From Pelomyxa schiedti (lineage: Eukaryota; Protista; Evosea), in NCBI GenBank assembly GCA_020536535.1, contig JAHLWZ010000802.1, positions 72,677 to 136,676 of the forward strand: a stretch of 64,000 bases of DNA. Direction: 5' to 3'. Below, piece by piece: positions 1 through 10,900 of the stretch (the first letter of the stretch is position 1; each line of letters opens with the position of its first letter). Under the pieces are notes generated by a model, which had not been told where the DNA came from, did not search any database, and saw only the letters and a list, made by a program, of their open reading frames with translations. Both the position numbers and the translations under genes were made by a program.

Positions 1-360
1 AAGAAAAACTCCTGGGTTGGAATTTCATCAAGTTATGTTGCAAGTGCTGGGCGTCCTGTTCCACCTACTGTGGTAAAGTGAATTGTTGTTACCCAACTTT
101 AACTCTTGGAGGATAAATATATTGGAACTGCCTCTGCTTCAGCACCAGGTAAAAAGTCTGGCTTTCTCCAGCGGAAACAAGGTTTTGAGTTCTACACTTA
201 GGCAACATAAAATTTTCACCACATTTTTTCAGCCCTTTCTAGTCGACTTCGCCAGAACGTTCCTTATTCCCCTTCTGTGGAAGCTTACCCAGTAAAAAAA
301 GAGGTGGACCCACCATTTATTGTTTCCCTCTCATCTTTGAAACAGAATCAGGATACGAGA

Positions 361-2155
361 ATGGAAAGTGTTATTTCCTCCGCCAAATTGGAAAGAGCAC
401 GTCTAATGCGAGACCTTATTTCGGGAAGATCCGTTCGTCGCCATGTAATAACTATCAAGTTCATGGCCTCAATTCACCTTGTTGCAGGCGTGGTGTGCAA
501 TCAGTGGCAGTGACTATCTTGTCCACCACGATCCTCATATTCTAGAAAAAGCCACTTCCACTGTGTTTGATATAGCACGTCACCAGGTGGACTTTATATG
601 CACATTTAATAATACCAATTTCAGGTACAAGTAGGTGATAAATGGCAGCTCACGCTTTTTAGAATAGAAGATCATTGTCTATCTGCAGATGCATTTCATC
701 ACTTTAAAGTGATGTTATACATATTATCACAGACTAAAATACCTGCCGATCATTTGAAATACCTTCCCGACTTGCGTTAGTTTCTTCAATCCCACCTTCA
801 TCTTACTTACTTCTCAAAAGTTGCAACCTTATTGCAAGTTGTTGATAACTTACATGCATATTCTATTACCAAGATTATCGTGTATCAATCAGTTGTGTAC
901 GAGAAATTCTTTCCTGGGACAGCTATCTATGTATCAGCTCGCGCTTCAACATTCAATTGCCTTATAGGAGAGCATCTTCCAGCATTACATCAAAGTGCTT
1001 ATTCATTGATTTAATCCATAAATAACTTTGACATTCAAGAGATGTTGTATCTCGGAGTCAATATTCAAGAACTCAGTTCTCTTTGGTTTGACAGATTGTT
1101 TCATGGTATCTTGAATAAAGAGACAATCCTTCATCTAATGGACTGGTGTTTTTTTTTTTTTTCTACCAACTTTCCAGAAAGTAACCTGTTCTCAGGTTTC
1201 TGTGTGATGGTATGGTGATTTTGTACAGAGCGGGCTTGGCACTGTTGTACATTCTTTCCGACAACGTTCGCTTGATGGAAACAACTACAGCTATCACTCA
1301 GGCATTACGAGACATACACATTTACAGTCTTTCGTGGAATGCTCAAGACTTCATGAAGGTGATTAAATTATAATCAAAAAGTGTCTGAACTCCACAAGCT
1401 TGCCATGACTTTTGATACCAGTACCGAATACATTCCCTATTACAGACCCCCAGAGGGGCCATTTCCACTTAATATCTCTTCAATTTTGACAAATGACCAG
1501 GTTTACTTACCTTTGTTTCCCATCTCTCACATTAATGAAGTTCCTGGCTGTATGGAGATGGCTTTCTCCAGTGTACCAATTGATGGTGCCTCTCTTCACG
1601 TTTCTTCTAAACTAACAAGTAAAAATTCTCAAGGAATTCCCTCAACTTGTCTATGCTTCTCGAGAAGATGGATTCAGTCTGCATAGAATGTATGAAAGGT
1701 GTCAGGGTATGGCACCTCTTGTATTGATAATAAAATCAGCCGACCACAATGTAAGCCAACACGATTCTTTATTGTGTAACATTTATGGAAGGTGTTTGGG
1801 GCATTTTTTGCGGACCCACTATGTGTGCGAATTTCATGCTTTTATGGCACAGGGGAAACCTTCTTGTTTACTGTTTCACCTATTCCAGTAAAGTATAATT
1901 GGACACACTCAAATAGATATTTGTTGTATACCGAGCAGGAGCAACTGGCATGTGGTGGCGGGTATGATATGAGCCCATTCCCAAGGTCAACCTCACCAAA
2001 ATTCAAGGGGGAGTGTGGGTTATGGACTTATGATTGATGACGAGCTGCACTTTGGAACAACAACAAGGTGCGCAACATTCGAGAATGAACCACTGAATGG
2101 TGGAAAAGAAGAGTTTGAGTGTGTGGATATCGAGCTAATCGCGATTTGCTCCTGA
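361..2155 (+). CDS. TLDc-domain protein, probably with an N-terminal TBC-like region (TBC1D24/OXR1-like); multi-exon
   Basis: Spliced exons give FGAFFADP..FYGTGETFLFT..YNWT.SN..LACGGG..GLMIDDELHFGTTTRCATFENEPL..FECVDIE, which is the TLDc signature. Stop TGA at 2153-2155. Start approximate. Confidence 0.8.
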
Positions 2156-2291
2156 CATAACACTCACCTGTATTGTAAAAAAAATAAATAAAAAAAAGGC
2201 AATTGGGATTCACCCCCTATTTCCATTTTCTTCTTTCTTTTGGTTGAAAAATACGTAGAACGAGTTCTTTACTACTGGAGGTACATTGCTC

Positions 2292-4578
2292 TTACCTAAT
2301 TGCATTAGACAATTCCCAAGTTCCCAAGCGGGGTGTACCTCGGGCAACTTGATTTGCATAACCTTCAAAGTGCTTGTAGAATATTGAATCAATCGAGAGA
2401 GAAATATTTGTTTCATGCACTACAATTTTCCGAAGTTTGCCGCGGTTTGCAACCTAGTTTTCTATCAGTTAAGATAAGCAGAAATAAAACGGAGCAGACA
2501 TTTATGTCATGGTCGCTTTCTAAGCCTGTTACATCAGCAAAATGGATCAATGCGTGTTCTTGGCGCAATTTTTTTCTATCCTGAAATACTGTATGTTAAT
2601 AAAACACACAAATGCAGAAAAAGTCAAAAACCTTGTATAGTGCAGATAAGATACGGAGATTTGCGGTATATGCTGGTATGGATTGCAGCAAAACGTTTGC
2701 AAACGTTGATAACCCATGGCACCCTGCATCCAAGTAAGGCACCCCAAATCCTAGTCTGTACGCATAAAGCCTCCTGAACCAGTTTCCCGGGAAATGGAAA
2801 TGTACAGTACGGACAAATTCGTCAGAAAAATGAAGGGGTTCCGGCTCTCGAACATCTGAGAAATCCCTAAAAATGCACATGTCCTCCTTCTGAGATACCA
2901 CTTCCATTCCGGTTCTGATGATTGCAGTCGGAGAGAACCATGCAGGACGCACGGACTGCCGTTTTTTGGGTAGTTTTATGTCCTCTTCGCTTTCACTGCC
3001 TTCATCCCCATCATCCTCGTCATCGTCACTACCACTGTTGTCAGAGTAATAATCACTGTCATCTTCATCATTGTTATCTTCATCACTGTCATCTTCATCA
3101 CTGCCATCTTCATCGTCATCGTCTTCATCCTCATTTTTTTCGTTGTCATCCTTAACTTTGTCTTCATCATCATCTTTATAGTAATCTTCGTCATCCTCTC
3201 CCTCTACATCATTGTCTTCTTCCTCTTCGGCAGCATCTCCTTGGTCCTCATCTTCACCATTTCCCTCTGCATCTTCGTATGCCTCCTCATTTTTACTTTC
3301 CTCCTGGCGCACATCTTCCTCTTTCTTTTCTTTGTCCTCTTCCTGGCCTGCGGGTTTTCCAGTGGAATTTATGTCGACATTTCTTTCTTGTTCTGTGGTG
3401 TTGCATGGTACTATTGGAAATAGCTTGTATTCTGCTGGTTTAAAGAGAACCCGGGCGGGATCCCTGGAAGACACTTTGCATGCTGGGTGATTTTGTTCAC
3501 CAGGCTTGCTGAGTGGGGTACTGGAAAACAACTTACTTGGTTTCCACAAAGATTTTGGGATTTTCTTGACCTTCTCGCCTTGACAAATGGCATTGTCAAT
3601 TGCAACTAGTTTTTCCTGGCCTTGAATCACGGTAGTCTCTGCAAGACTTTTGCTTAAAACATTCAGTCCTTCTTGGGGAAGGTCGCCATCGCTGTTATTG
3701 ACATGGCTGCCCAAAGGAATTTCAGAGAGTGAAAAGCTGTTTTGTAGTTGAGCAGACACTCCAAGGCCGGAAGGCAAGAGAGGTGGCTGACATCGCATTT
3801 GATTGGGTTGTGGTTGCACAACAGTTCTGCACTTCTTTCTTGGAGATTGACTTATGGGTGAGAACGAAGACATCCATGAAGGGGAACCAGAAATGGCATC
3901 AACCCCACCGTCGACGTCCCCCACACTATCACCATCGATGCCACTGCTCCCAATCCTGCTACTACTACTACTACTAGTCGTAGTGGCAGTTGTAGTTGTA
4001 GCTACACCACACTGCTCTTCAGCCAGAGTAGTGGGCGACACCGATTCCTCGGTGAGGTCCACAACCACCACAGCAGGGTCCCTCTTCGTCCACGCCATTC
4101 GCCCGCACCCGCACCCATAGTTAGGCGCGCACTCGTGTGTGCCAAACGCCGGGGTAGCCGCCTTGGCCCCGCAGCAATCGCATTCCTGCCTCCTCCCCGC
4201 CGCCGCGGCCTGGCTGCCCGCGCGGCCCCCGCTCTGCTGCTGCCCCCGCAGTGGTGTGCTCTCCACCTTGGGGCAGGGCTTCGTGTAGGCCTGCAGAGGG
4301 GGGGCACCGGGGGGCGGGCACGTGGCCCAGCACCGCGGGGTGGTGTCCGTGTCGCCGTCGCCGGGAGCGGGAGCGGGAGTGGGGGCACTCGAAAAGCACG
4401 GGAGCAGGTGTATGGCCGCTCGGATGCGGACCAGCTGGCCTGTCTTTAGACCCATGCGGACCAGGTCGTCCTGGGTGAGCAGGGCCACAGTCGACATGCT
4501 GTCTACCAACTCGGCCTCAAACATGCCGATGCACCCTTGGCACCCTATGTCTGTCAGCCACTGCCGCACCTCATCCAT
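2292..4578 (-). CDS. SAM-domain protein with acidic low-complexity linker and uncharacterised conserved C-terminal domain (paralog A)
   Basis: The N-terminus MDEVRQWLTDIGCQGCIGMFEAELVDSMSTVALLTQDDLVRMGLKTGQLVRI is SAM-like, followed by a D/E tract. The C-terminus FPGNWF..YLDAGCHGLSTF..HDIN..DSIFYKHFEGYANQVARG emerges after removing two short introns and is homologous to 34468-36291. Confidence 0.8.
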
Positions 4579-4796
4579 GGTGTGGTTTTCGAACGCGACG
4601 AATATACGGCAGGAAAAGAAGGGTTTGGTTTCGGTTTTGGTTTTTATGTTGTTATTTATTTGTTTTTTGTCCAAATGAACACAATTGAAAGGGAGCCGCT
4701 TGGCTTGGCAAAAGCAAAGTGGCAAGCGTTTTTGCCACCGGCTGGTATTCACTGCTTGTGAGCATCAGGGGGTGGGGAATCGCCCTTCCAACAATT

Positions 4797-5450
4797 TTAC
4801 AAGCCGGAGTTGGCAACGTTCCCAGAGTAGTTGGCTCCACCGGCCTTGATCAATTGTGTGCGGACCTTGCTCTCCTCAAGGTCGTCAGTGGTTGTGCCGT
4901 GAACAGCCAAAGCGAAGTTCTGGATAACAACCAGTTAGGAGAAATGAACAAGCCTCACTGTGTAATCTACAAAATAAAGACAAGGGGGCATACCGCGAAA
5001 ACGCCCTGAAGAGCTGGCTTGTGAACGCTGACCTTGGCGCGCTTGATTGGGGAGACTCGCTCGCCTACCCATGAAATGAAGACGAACTTGGCGCGTTTGC
5101 TCTCAGCATCTCCGGTGATGCTATTTGTATTATTGTTTGTAAGTGTGAAGGATGCGTAGGGGTTAAACTTACAATCTGGCGAAGGCGTAGAGGCACTGGT
5201 CCTCCTTGAGCTCAGCGAGGAGCTCCTCGTATGGTCCCTCACTCTTCCTCACAACGACAATCTTGTTGCTGTTGGGTCCTGGATAGCCGCAAAGAACCCT
5301 AATGGAAACCATCAAACACAGAACAAAAAACCAAAACACATCGCCAACGGGGGGAAAAAAACGAGGCGAAACGAACCAGTTTGTGGGTGTGGCATCAGAG
5401 CGGACGTCTTTGTATGCCTCAACAAGTGCGGGATCTGATACGTCGGCCAT
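4797..5450 (-). CDS. Coactosin-like ADF-H actin-binding protein; multi-exon
   Basis: MADVSDPALVEAYKDVRSDATPTNW..LYAFARL..TGDAESKRAKFVFISWVGERVSPIKRAKVSVHK..LIKAGGANY matches coactosin closely. Confidence 0.92.
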
Positions 5451-5779
5451 TGTTGTTGATGGTAAAAAAAAACGAGTTGGTGAACGGAGAGATGCTGCTT
5501 AAGATCGGATTGTTTTTTATTTTGTGTTTTCCTTCGTGTTGGTTCTTTTTAAAGCCGGGAAAAAAATCCAAGGGTTTTTTGCGAAAACCGTTTCAGGCAA
5601 GGCCAAAAAGAAACCAAAAATAACCCTCAAAAATATCAAATCTTCTTGAGACGGGGCAGCAGGTGCTTTTGTGACCAAAAAAAGCACGTGCAAAGCGAGA
5701 CTTTTTTTTTTGTGTACCAAAAAAGACCCTGAAGGCAGAACACAAAACAAAGAGCGTTGACTGTTTCGTCCTTGCAGCT

Positions 5780-7809
5780 TCAGTAGAAGTCCTGTGTTAT
5801 ACGTTTGTACAGTTGAATGTCTCTGGGCATGATAGTCATACGACCAGTGTGAACAGAGCAAGCTAATGAGCCAGCGTGCACTTTGGTAATATACTGTTCG
5901 GCTGCTTGCTGTAGGACCGTTGTTGCATCGTTGGAGAGTGTAATCAGGTCCGCGGGTTGTATGTCTGCGTCTCCGAGTGGAAGTGGCGGCAGAGATAATG
6001 CGTTGGCTGTTGTGGTTGTGGTAGCCGTTGTGCATGTGGGACTTGTAGTTGTAGTTGTAGCTGTAGCTGTAGGGGAAGTATTCCTTCGCCGTCTCTTCAC
6101 CTTGTCCTGTCATGTGGGGTAAGTTATTGAATCACTACTTGTGGGATTGTATGATGCTTACAGCTTGTGTAGTTTGGCAAATCTCCTCAGCGAGTCGTTT
6201 AAAGGCTGCATGTCCAAGTGTGAGACTGCAGGAAGGTTGAGGAACATTTGAATTCCACAGTAGCCGCTGAGTGTTGCGGACATCTTTCACAAAGAGTTTG
6301 ACCCTGTGGGAATGGATAGCTCCCAAGTTACTACTAGAAAACATGGACACAATATAGCTTTCAGCTACACAGAAGTTAAACTTTTACACATGGTGAAGTA
6401 ATAACCTGCAGAGTGTATTGCATCGGATGCTTCTTCAGAAAAAGTGAAGCCTCCTGTGGCAAACTCGCTGCAATTGGAGGCCACTTCCTTTAGAGCAAAA
6501 TTAAATAACTTCTTGTGCCAAGATAAACCTGAAGTAAGCCTCGAAATTCCGACTTCGGTATAACTGGGGTGCCTGTACTTTGTATTGCCTTAATTTCTGC
6601 AAGGCATTGCTCATCTGTCTCTTGCCCACATTCGTCATCACTTCTGGTTTCCTCCTTTTCCTTTTGACTGACATCAGATTCAGAATTGGTTTCAGGCTGG
6701 TGGCATTCAGTTTCATTTTCATCTTCTTCTGGGAAGAGCGTTGGGAGAATATGTGGCAGAACTCCAGCATTAGGAAATATGTAGCCTCTAAAAATGTACT
6801 GCATCTCCGCATCTTCTTCAATTGATAGCATTATATGTCGAGGAGTAATATCAGAACCTTATTTACGGTTTGTGCAGGAAGAGAAATAAATTAAACATAC
6901 TTGAAGAGGATTGTGCTTTTTGCAAACAAAGGTACAAAAACTCGGATGCAATGTATTCCAGTCCTCCTAGTAAAAACCATGGAGCTAATTTTAATGAGAT
7001 TTGAATTGCCACTGGCATTTGTCGCAACACCAGAGGCAGACCATGACGTCCCAGACTTCAAGTAAGTAACTAGGTGATGGGATGACAACAGAAATGCGAC
7101 TCTCGAAATGTTGGTTTCTAGGAAGGATGACTGCTTTCTAACGCAGTTTTGTCCCTCCACAACCGAATAGTCATACAGCTGGGTACCAGAGTAAACGATT
7201 GACATGGCAGTGTCTAACAGAGGTATATCCAGTTCTACGCGAGCGTGAATAGGTGAGTACAATGCCATTTAGGGTAGTACTACCAGAAGTTTTTGCAACC
7301 CCACGTGGAGGTACCTCTGTCAACTCTTTTTCTATGATAATACAACAAGTGTCACAAATTCGTCGCGCTACTTCACGTAAAATATCCACCATAACAAGCC
7401 CTGCCTGGGGGTTCAAGCTGTGACTCGAGGCCGTCTGTCCAACAAATGAGGGGGAAAAAAAAAGGGGGGGGGGGGGGGGGGGGGGGGAAGAAAAATAACG
7501 GAGCACATTGTGCAGTAGAAGAGAAAGCCCCTCAATTGGAAACCAAGATCTAAGGGCGGCCTCGAAGTTCGCTCTCTCATCCACAACACGCAACGAATCT
7601 AACGTAGTTACGACAGTGGGATCCCGGACTCGCGTCTCGCCGTCGGCTGTTAAAGACGAAGAAAAAGGGCACTCGTCGTAGTGCAGTTCTTGCCCGCATA
7701 GGCGGTCGTCTTCTTCCGTCGGCTCCGAGATCTCCCTCCAAACGCGCTCGTTGTGCCGCGTTATTTCGGCCTCTTCGTTTTTGGCGTTTTGCGTGCTTTG
7801 CCTGCTCAT
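5780..7809 (-). CDS. Fused multi-histone-fold protein (H2B-like, H2A-like, H3-like, H3-like); about 8 exons
   Basis: The spliced product contains H2B-like SLNPQAGLVMVDILREVARRI..LLDTAMSIVYSG..SVVEGQNCV and H2A-like APWFLLGGLEYIASEFL..ITPRHIMLSIEEDAEM..NAGVLPHILPTLFP. Then H3-like CLAEIKAIQ..IPKSEFRGLLQEVA..AESYIVSMFSSSNLGAIHSHRVKLFVKDV and a second H3-like AAFKRLAEEICQ..LQQAAEQYI..VHTGRMTIMPRDIQL. Confidence 0.85.
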
Positions 7810-7939
7810 CGCCCAACCGACAATCTTTTATCTCTTATCTTCAGTTGGTCCAATTTTTTTTTTCTTTTTCGCGTTAAAATAATATCATTTTGGTTCATAT
7901 TTCTAACAGATTCTAGATCCCCTCATCACCTCAGCCACC
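7810..7939. promoter_or_regulatory. Putative bidirectional promoter between the histone-fusion gene and PARG
   Basis: ~130 nt AT/T-rich spacer between two divergently oriented coding regions. Confidence 0.5.
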
Positions 7940-10900
7940 ACGGATACGCTCAGCCACCGCAAGGCGTCGTTCGCGACACCGGCCTCGCCCTTCATTTTCC
8001 ACAGCCCCCTGCAGGAAGAGGAGGAGCCCTACCTCCTCGACGACCTGTACGACAACCGCTCCCCTCCCTACACGGCAAGCCCGCGGCGCCGGTCGGCCGG
8101 CTCGCCTAGGGACGCGGCCGCGCGCGGCGACGGCGCTTTCGCGTGTGACACCAACTTGGTCGGCGACGAAGACGAGCTTGGCTTTGGCGACGACCTCCCA
8201 CAATCCCAGCCTGTGCCGAGGCGCGTCAGCCCCGAACCTCAGCGGTCTCTGACCCAGCCTCATCCCAAGTCCCACTCAGAATCCAACCCATCGACACCGA
8301 CACCCACACAATCCCAATCCCAATCACAATCACAATCACAATCACAATCACAAACCCAAACTCAGCCATCCGAGCAAAGCCGGCCCACGTCCACCAAGCC
8401 TAAATCTTGCAAGAGCCTCCCACAATCACAATCCCAATCGCAGCCCCAGCCCCAGCCTCGGTCCCAATCTCAGCCTCAACCACAGCCTCAGCCTCAAACC
8501 CAGCCTCAGTCTCAGAACCAGCACGGTGAGGCGAGAAAGCGGCCCCTTAGGCAAAGTACCCTTACGGAGATGTTTGGCAGAGCAACTTCGCTGAACTTGC
8601 CTTCCCGGAATGCGTGTGATGACACAAGCAATTGCAAGAATGACTTGGGTGGAATCCTCACCTGCAGTTCTGATAGAACTTCTGCTCCAGGGGGCTGTCT
8701 CTTATCTTCTAACCAGGCCCCCGTCATACCCAGTGCGCCGGCTCGCGAGCGTGACAAGTCTGAGGCTGATGAGGCTGAGGCTGAGACTGAGGACGAGAAC
8801 GAGAACGATAACGATAACGAGGGGTTGGAGCCACCTTTACCAAAGAAATATCGGCCTGATTTGCAGAAGAAAACCCCAATGGTGCTCCGAGGTAGCCCAT
8901 TGCCAGTTTCACATAACTCCTCTGGAAAGCACAGATCCGCGAAGAGCACTAGAAATTATCTGTCCCAACCAGTGCGCTCGGTTGCTGCCTCTGAGGCGTG
9001 CTTGGAGGAAAACAGGGTCAAAGATTCTGATGAATCGAGATGTTGCTCTAAAAATTCTTCTTCTACCTTGTCCACTCCCCCAAAGCTCAGCTGCACGGTA
9101 TCTACAAGCACTTGTACATCAGTCACAGGCATTCCAACCCCAGTTCTCGGCGAGTCGCACCCACCGCAGTTACTTACTGGAAAAGGTTCAACATCAACAG
9201 ATACAACACACCTTACACCCGGGCCACTGCTCCCTTGTTCAACACCACCTGATGCTCTCTACAATTGCACAACACCAACTACTCCATTGCGTGCTCGCAA
9301 CAGTCAAGCTCGCATCCCAACTTTAAGTACTGCTGCCAGTCCCAAGAGACGTCGCAGCTGCAGCATGTCTCCCGGGTACATCGACCCTACTTCTGGGATT
9401 CACAGTATGGAAAAATTAGCAGATGCGGAGGCCAATCTTTCAAAATCCCATACTCCAGTTGAAGACTGGAGTACCAATTTCACTGTTAGGTCCGCGCCAT
9501 CTTCCCCAGTTTCTGGACATAGCCACACACATGAGAGGCCTCTGAAAACCATATATTCTTCATGTTGCAAGGACCTATTCTCAAGTAGCAAGCGCACAGA
9601 CGCTTGGGATGAAATGCATGTGAGATTACCTTGCTCTCCTAGGTAATTATTCTCCTGGGATAAAAAAAATATTCAAGATTCTTAGAAATATGGTTCGAAC
9701 AGATTGTTTGATGTGGCCCTTTATATGCACACTTTTGAGTCAGCCGATTGGGTGCTCTCACAGACTAGAGGTTTAAATACCTTACTTAGTAAAGCACTCA
9801 ACGAATTAGGAGATTATTTTCCTTCTCAATGTGCAATATAAAGCAATTTGGGATATGGGTGGCCTACACGAATACTGTATCAATGTTTATGAGCCCCATG
9901 CCTGTGCAGCACATAATTGCTTGTGCATCATGAAAGGTTTTTCCTTAGCAGTGGGGCAAATTGCATCTTTAGTCTGCAAGTTACCTGCTCTAGTAACTTC
10001 TCCCATTTCCTTACTGCGGTGTGAATCACCCTTACGTTCTCTTTGTCGCCTAATATCATTCAGGAAAACAATGAAGACCTCTGTTGTTCTGTCGCAACTT
10101 CAAATAGCAAGCTTGTTGGTTCTTCTTCCTTTCAAATCTGACGGTAAATTAATATTGCACAGGCCAATTGCTTCTTTTGTACATTTCCTCGGCGCAATGC
10201 TTTAACAAGCGTATTCACTTACTTTTTGTTAAAGTTGAACTCAAAATTTAGAAGGACACAATAAAAACGGAGTACTCTGACTTCCCTTCTGTGAATTTTT
10301 CGACACTTTATCAGAGGCATGCGCAACATAAACTGCGATTCATTTTTCATTATTTTGAACGAGTGCCCAACTTGCAACAATGTATTCACACTTTCCAATT
10401 GTCCGTAAAATGAAAATGCAGCAGGTGATGTCAAATTTACTCGCCACCATCTATCAACCCCCCCAGATTGGAGGCAGAGCAGTACCCCTTTAGGGAATTT
10501 AGTACCACATCTCAGTGGATCAGTTAATTCTTTGTTCCTTTTTTCTTTCCCTTACCTTCGAAGATGGAAGAGTCTGTAACGGATTTGCTACCTTGTGACA
10601 GCTTGTTGGTAGACTTCGCAAATAAAAAAATCGGCGGAGGTGTTCTTGGAAAAGTACTCCTGCTCTTCCTCCCTCCCACCACAAATAAACTTTGTTTGCA
10701 GGGATCTGCTCAAGAAGAGACTCTTTTTCTGACTCACCCAGGCTGGTAGAAATTCGTACTTTCCTGTATCCATAACCTGACTAGCCAGAACTCCTAGTCA
10801 GCCGTCTACTATGCGAAGAGCTAAATGATACAGAATGTGTGATAATTACTGGTGCCGAAAGGTTTTCTAGACACAGTGGATACTTGTCAGAACTTTCATG

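Noticed and set aside
4579-4752. N-terminal extension of the 718-aa ORF
   Set aside because: It starts at a non-ATG codon in AT-rich intergenic sequence. The ATG at 4578 begins the SAM domain, matching the paralog.
7464-7487. G24 homopolymer as a functional G-quadruplex or poly-Pro coding tract
   Set aside because: It lies within a 72-nt intron whose removal restores H2B spacing. Homopolymers are common in introns here.
5780-7809. Histone-fusion gene as part of an integrated giant-virus segment
   Set aside because: Flanking genes are ordinary intron-rich eukaryotic genes and no viral hallmark genes are visible. Any viral origin would be ancient and limited to this gene.
8300-8520. Hexamer tandem repeats as telomere-like or CRISPR-like array
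   Set aside because: They are codon-phased SQ/PQ low-complexity coding repeats with no spacer structure.
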